Below the pieces are notes generated by a model that did not search any database, was not told the origin of the DNA, and saw nothing but the letters and a program-made list of their open reading frames with translations. A stretch of DNA of 29,358 bases from assembly GCA_050178385.1 (NCBI GenBank), contig JBFXGD010000026.1, positions 1-29,358 on the forward strand, given 5' to 3'. Position 1 is the stretch's first letter. Each line of letters starts with the position of its first letter. Shown piece by piece: positions 28,230-29,358 of this stretch. The translations under genes were made by a program, and so were the position numbers. This DNA is from Calditrichaceae bacterium (GTDB lineage Bacteria > Calditrichota > Calditrichia > Calditrichales > JBFXGD01).

Positions 28230-29358
28230 TTATCCTTCATCTGATGTTTTTTTCTTTATAATCTTTCTGATATCCGCCCCGGTAAGAGCTTCTACGACTT
28301 CCGGCAGCTGAGCAATTATATCGGTTATCTGTCCGGTAATCTTCGATGTTCCCAGTTTGCCGTCATTTTGGATCATTACAATTTTATCAAGCTTTGACAG
28401 AGGCTCCGAAACCGCTCTGGCTATCTCCGGCATCTTCTCCATGATCATTTCATACATAGCCGCCTGATTATAAGATTCATAAGCTTTTGATTTCTTTGTC
28501 ATAGATTCCGCTTCTGCGCTACCGATCATTTTAATCCGGTCCGCGTCGGCGGCATCTTCCTGTTTTCTGACTTCAAGTTTTCCTTTGGATTCAGTTTCAA
28601 TCCTGTAGCGCTCAGCATCCGCTTCGGTTTTAACCTGAAATTTTCTTGCTTCCGCGGGTTTTATTATATTCGCTTCCAGCTCTTTTTGTTTTTTCCGGAT
28701 ACTCAATTCTTCGAGCTTGGTCGATTCTTCCATTTCAATTTTTTTGACACCGTATTCTTCTTTTTTAAGATTTTGCTGAATTTTAAACCGCTCAAGTTCA
28801 TAAGCCATATCCGCGCGTGCCTTTTTCTGGTTCACATCCACCTGCGATTCTGCCTTTTTTGCCTCATTATTCCACGAAGCTTTTGCCACTTCGGCCTCGG
28901 CTGCAAGTCTGGCGATTTCACCTTCTTTTTTGGCCTGCGCTGATTTAATCGTTATTTCCTTATCCTTCTCGGCACGGTCAACTTCCGCCTGATATTTTGC
29001 AGCCGTGATATGCGGCTTACTCAGCGCTTCGATATATCCCTGTGAATCGCTGATTTCTTTTAGACCAAAAGACATGAGAACCAGACCCATTTTTGAAAAA
29101 TCCGTGCGAAGGGCTTCGTTTACTCTTTTTGAGAATTCATTCCGCTTTGTAAAAATATCCTCAACCGTGAAAGTGCCGATCACTTCACGCACCATGCTAT
29201 CAAGAACGGTTGTGGAGACTTCCAGAATACCCTCGGTTCCTCGGCTTAAAAAGTTGGTTATGGCGAGATATAATGAATAATCACCGGTATCAATATTTAC
29301 CTGTGCTGTAAATTCCGCCGTGATAGGAATACCGTTCCGGGACAGTACTTCGGGAATT
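28230..29358 (-). CDS. Flotillin/SPFH family protein (5' end outside the window)
   Basis: Frame stays open past 29195 to the window edge (IPEVLSRNGIPITAEFTAQVNI...). SPFH pattern R..IG..TVE.I...R, D..GYIEAL, then EA-rich coiled coil and PEIARAVSEPL tail. Confidence 0.9.
   Translation of the reverse strand, partial: IPEVLSRNGIPITAEFTAQVNIDTGDYSLYLAITNFLSRGTEGILEVSTTVLDSMVREVIGTFTVEDIFTKRNEFSKRVNEALRTDFSKMGLVLMSFGLKEISDSQGYIEALSKPHITAAKYQAEVDRAEKDKEITIKSAQAKKEGEIARLAAEAEVAKASWNNEAKKAESQVDVNQKKARADMAYELERFKIQQNLKKEEYGVKKIEMEESTKLEELSIRKKQKELEANIIKPAEARKFQVKTEADAERYRIETESKGKLEVRKQEDAADADRIKMIGSAEAESMTKKSKAYESYNQAAMYEMIMEKMPEIARAVSEPLSKLDKIVMIQNDGKLGTSKITGQITDIIAQLPEVVEALTGADIRKIIKKKTSDEG

Noticed and set aside
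406..29280. Plus-strand ORFs (e.g. 7522-7938, 13829-14269, 20668-21156) and short alternate-frame minus ORFs
   Set aside because: All lie mostly or wholly over well-supported genes, lack recognisable motifs and look like shadow ORFs.

Overview
Ordinary-looking chromosomal segment of a moderately AT-rich (roughly 40% GC by eye) Gram-negative bacterium. Gene content (LapAB, two-subunit 2-oxoacid:ferredoxin oxidoreductase, YbbR-like gene fused head-to-tail with tsaD, VWA membrane protein, SelB) is compatible with a Calditrichota/FCB-like lineage, which is an inference. All 27 credible CDSs lie on the minus strand. In transcription order they are: flotillin (partial), aspartate aminotransferase fused to a PEPCK-like domain, ATP-type PEPCK, ndk, selB, lone sugar ABC permease, DUF355, HEAT protein, TPR lipoprotein, mutM, DUF62 SAM hydrolase, YbbR-like, tsaD, VWA protein, SAM methyltransferase, ferritin-like/VIT1, cyclase, tag, TIGR01777, YifB/ComM, korA, korB, REC-HD-GYP, lapA, lapB, SPOR protein and a CRP-family regulator (partial). 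I saw no rRNA, tRNA, CRISPR array or mobile element. The most unusual element is a 781-aa class I aminotransferase. Its C-terminal ~385 aa keep the PEPCK motif order but lack the catalytic metal and substrate ligands, and carry a 5-Cys insert. It is encoded directly upstream of an intact PEPCK and ndk, making a candidate aspartate->oxaloacetate->PEP metabolon or pseudoenzyme-regulated system.
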